A stretch of 54,637 nt of DNA, filler included, from Bipalium vagum (taxonomy: Eukaryota), in assembly GCA_037834085.1 (NCBI GenBank). It is 3 parts of 3 records of this genome, joined end to end, with 100 filler letters (N's around TTAATTAATTAA, not from the genome) between each part and the next. Parts side by side here need not be neighbours in the genome. Positions count along the whole stretch, not along the records: positions 38,247 to 54,637 come from JBBMKC010113318.1; 2 more parts are not named here. The stretch is one strand, 5' to 3'. The notes beneath the pieces were generated by a model, which was not told the origin of the DNA, did not search any database, and worked only from the letters and a program-made list of their open reading frames with translations. Positions 51,551-54,637 of the stretch are shown piece after piece (position 1 is the first letter of the stretch; each line of letters opens with the position of its first letter). Position numbers and translations under genes: made by a program.

Positions 51551-51685
51551 GGAAAAGCAGTATTCTGAAATCGGCCCTGTGCTCTAATAAGTACGCTTTG
51601 AACAGCCGCAGTAACTTGTCGAAGTTGGTCGTCGATTTTCGTCTGAAATCCCAATTCAATTGGAGTTGGAATTTGGAAATTAAAG
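51551..51685 (+). CDS. Candidate internal exon (phase 1-1) of an unknown gene, possibly a downstream receptor exon
   Basis: Strong TTTATTTTTCCAG| acceptor and AAAG|GTAATT donor, 135 nt open (KSSILKSALC...WNLEIK), GC-rich island; no homology recognised. Confidence 0.3.
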
Positions 51686-53106
51686 GTAATTTTCTTTTGT
51701 CTCGTGTTATATATAAGAAGTAATGTGAGGATTGATAACGGTTCTCTTTCCCGATTGCTTAGAAATAAGGAAAATTTGAATTATGATCCATAAGATTATG
51801 CCTACCTTTCCATTATTATTTATATAAGATTAGTTTTATGATTTTGTTTAAATTACCTTACAAAGTATACTTTGCACGTCTTGATGTTTAAATACATTAT
51901 AAGTCTAAGTCTAAACCTTTTGTTATTGCAAGGTTCCATTGGGAAACTATAATCTAAAAGCATCTTTGAACCCTGGCTTTCTGATTATACTGAATTAATT
52001 CAATTTGATCGATTTATTTGTTTAATAATCTTATAAATGAAAATTAAAACAAATTCCGAAGGTCACATTAAAATATTAATCAAGATATTATACATGGACG
52101 AGAATAAACCTTTGTGGCAAGATTAGAATGTTTAGATTTACTTTTTACTCATTCAATTTTATTGGTATAACTTGGGTACCATATTCAAAGTTAACATTTT
52201 ATTTTATATTATTATTAATTCATTATAATTTCCAAAGATTTTTTCTTAGATTCCTGTAGAAAAGATTCAAGATTTTTGAAGACGAAAAAGATGCTACATT
52301 CCTTTTTACACATGATTTCAGATTTCTGGAATATGCGTTCTCTTCATAACTTTCAGAATCGATTTCCTTAGCTGTAACCTTAAATATTAAAAAATTAAAA
52401 CAATTATCTCATTCTTTTTTTTCCCTTTAAATTTTACTTTTATTATAATTTTTTTCCACGAATTATCTATTTTTATCACATGTTTAACATTAATTGTCCT
52501 AGGCAAACCCAAATTTCACCTTCTTCCTGATAGGCATTGTGACTTTTGACAAGAGATTGACGAAAAGAACGATAAATTAATGATAAAGTAAATATGAGAA
52601 TTGTTAACGAGTTTTATTTCATTTATTCAGCTTAAGAAAAATCATTTAATATTAATATTTTATTTTTTAATAATATAACGTAATAAAAAATTAATCAAAA
52701 TATATTTTAAAGTTTGAATATATTAAATATTTTAAAATTAAAAATTAATATTAATATTTTTTTGTTTGAATATGTAAAAAATATATTAATTATTTACTTA
52801 AATTTATAAAACTTAAAAAACGCACTTTTATTTAAAATATATTACATGATAATTATTAATTTGCATATAATGATAATATTTTTTCAATTAAATAAATATT
52901 TTTAAAGTGCTTATTGAAATTTTATTTTTTATGAACTCAAAAAAATTTTTAAAAATATATAAATTTTTGATTAATTGCTAAGATAAAGAAATATATTTAA
53001 AACTTATTTCGTCTTTATTTCGTCTTTATTTCGTCGTACATCATATGGGCAGTAAGAATAATAAAGAAATCAAAACTCACTTTCTGTTATTTGTTCATCT
53101 TAATAA

Positions 53107-54000
53107 TATTTGGTTAAGGAATCGGTAATTTCGTATTTTTGTAATATATTTAAATCAACACGGAAAAACACTTTAATATTAATCAGTTTTCAGTCGGACT
53201 GGAAGACCTGTGACTTCTGAAGAGTACTTCAATGCGATAAATTTGGATTTTTTTTAATCGAAAAAGGTCGATGTGGCTTCTTTGATTTTTCATTTTAGAA
53301 AAACTACACATTCAAATAATTCTAAAAAATCGAAATCAGTAATAATCCCATGAAGAGGTAACAGGAAAATATGATGGATATGGGAAGAACTCCCATACAA
53401 GGTTTTTTTTCTTCTCTGAATCAATCAAATAGTATGTGGTATTGCATTATCGTGTTGCAGGATCACATCTTTTATTTCTTAAAATATTGACCTAAAATAT
53501 TTGATTTAGTCACTCAGATTGTTGAGAATAGAGTTCTGTATTCATATTGTTATTGTTTTCCAATCGTCCCGAATAACAATGTTATAGATATTACATTAAG
53601 TGACAATCATACTTTTATAAGTTTGCACCAAATTTTGCAGTGTGGAGAAGTACTTGGTTAGAGTTTAATCATTGCTTATCCTTTTGTTGCACTTAGAGAA
53701 TCCATTTCTCATCTCAAGTTATCAATCGACCAAGAATCTGTAGAATAGTGCATCATAAATAATAGTTCTTCGAATTCAATTCTCGTTTGTTAATTTGTAC
53801 GGGACCCAAACACTCCATTTACTGATCATCCCATTGTTTTTCAAATAATTCCAAATGGATTTCTGAGAAATATTGTCTCCATTTTGGTCACCTTTCAACC
53901 GAGATGATGGAAAATAAGGAAGTCCTTTTGATATTGTAAATTTCAAGAAAATATTTAAATAAGAGTTAAATACAGTCTGATACATTAAATTGTTCAGCAC
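53107..54000 (-). mobile_element. Decayed mariner element
   Basis: SIWNYLKNNGMISKWSVWVPYKL (WVPHEL-like), VILQHDNAIPH, WEFFP; end shared with 32879. Confidence 0.8.
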
Positions 54001-54159
54001 AAAAATTCAACACTTTATCAATTATATAAGACTGTTTATTATGTAGTTGTCAATTCTAATATAAAGTTTTGTAATTCATTTTGTTAAACCATGTAAGTTT
54101 TTTTTGCTTTATAATTCAACTAGAATATTAGTTTAGTTTAATTTTCAATATATTAGTCA

Positions 54160-54637
54160 AATTATGCGTGGTTTCGATTTAACGCCTTTTGACAAAGGAC
54201 AGATTAGTGCATTACACAAACATGCGGAATGGACATATGAACAGATTTGACACTGTCTGCTGTGAGTAAATATTGCCAGCAAAACATCAATATTGAAACA
54301 TCCACATGAAGGAAACCAACATCCGTTCAAAGAAACTCGACGTGTAGCATCAGACTTATCTGCTATCCAAAAAGTATTCACATATTAATCACATTAACAG
54401 AACTGGAGCTATATCAGCTCCTTGTCACACTGCAAACATTGTCCGCAAATGTTTCACTGATAACATAGTAAATGTTCTTTCAAATTGGCCATCCAATTCA
54501 CCAGGCTTAAATGTTATTGAAAACTGCTGGTATATTATGAAGCAAAAGGTTGCTGCCCACCAACCAACTTCTGAACAGCAACTAATACAAATCTTGAAGC
54601 AAGTGTGGAGAACGGAGATAACGCCAAATTATTGTAA
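54160..54637 (+). mobile_element. Internally deleted Tc1-like element running off the window end
   Basis: MRGFDLTPFDKGQISAL; NWPSNSPGLNVIENCWYIMKQKV..LKQVW. Confidence 0.8.

Overview
Very AT-rich eukaryotic (animal) nuclear DNA from a draft assembly. It has four gaps, two of which are 100-bp artificial joins (N44-TTAATTAATTAA-N44). Most recognisable sequence is decayed transposons: about nine mariner copies, Tc1, maT-like and rosa-like elements, pogo/Tigger, a Chapaev3-like element, a possible hAT fragment, Ty3/Gypsy pieces and two related LTR-like elements. The one clear host gene is missed by the ORF track. Two + strand exons (26460-26569 and 32664-32808), separated by a 6.1-kb TE-filled intron, splice in frame into a complete C4 nuclear-receptor DNA-binding domain. 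Its [31 protein letters not shown] signature resembles the second DBD of the two-DBD nuclear receptors (2DBD-NR) of flatworms and other spiralians, but I found no first-DBD exon in the window. Other points of interest are an intronless 225-aa orphan ORF, a head-to-head pair of diverged LTR-like elements sharing a conserved stem-loop, a signal-peptide-like small ORF just upstream of the receptor exon, and templated micro-duplications at TE deletion junctions. All calls come from reading by eye; no searches were run, and TE boundaries are approximate unless TIRs are quoted.
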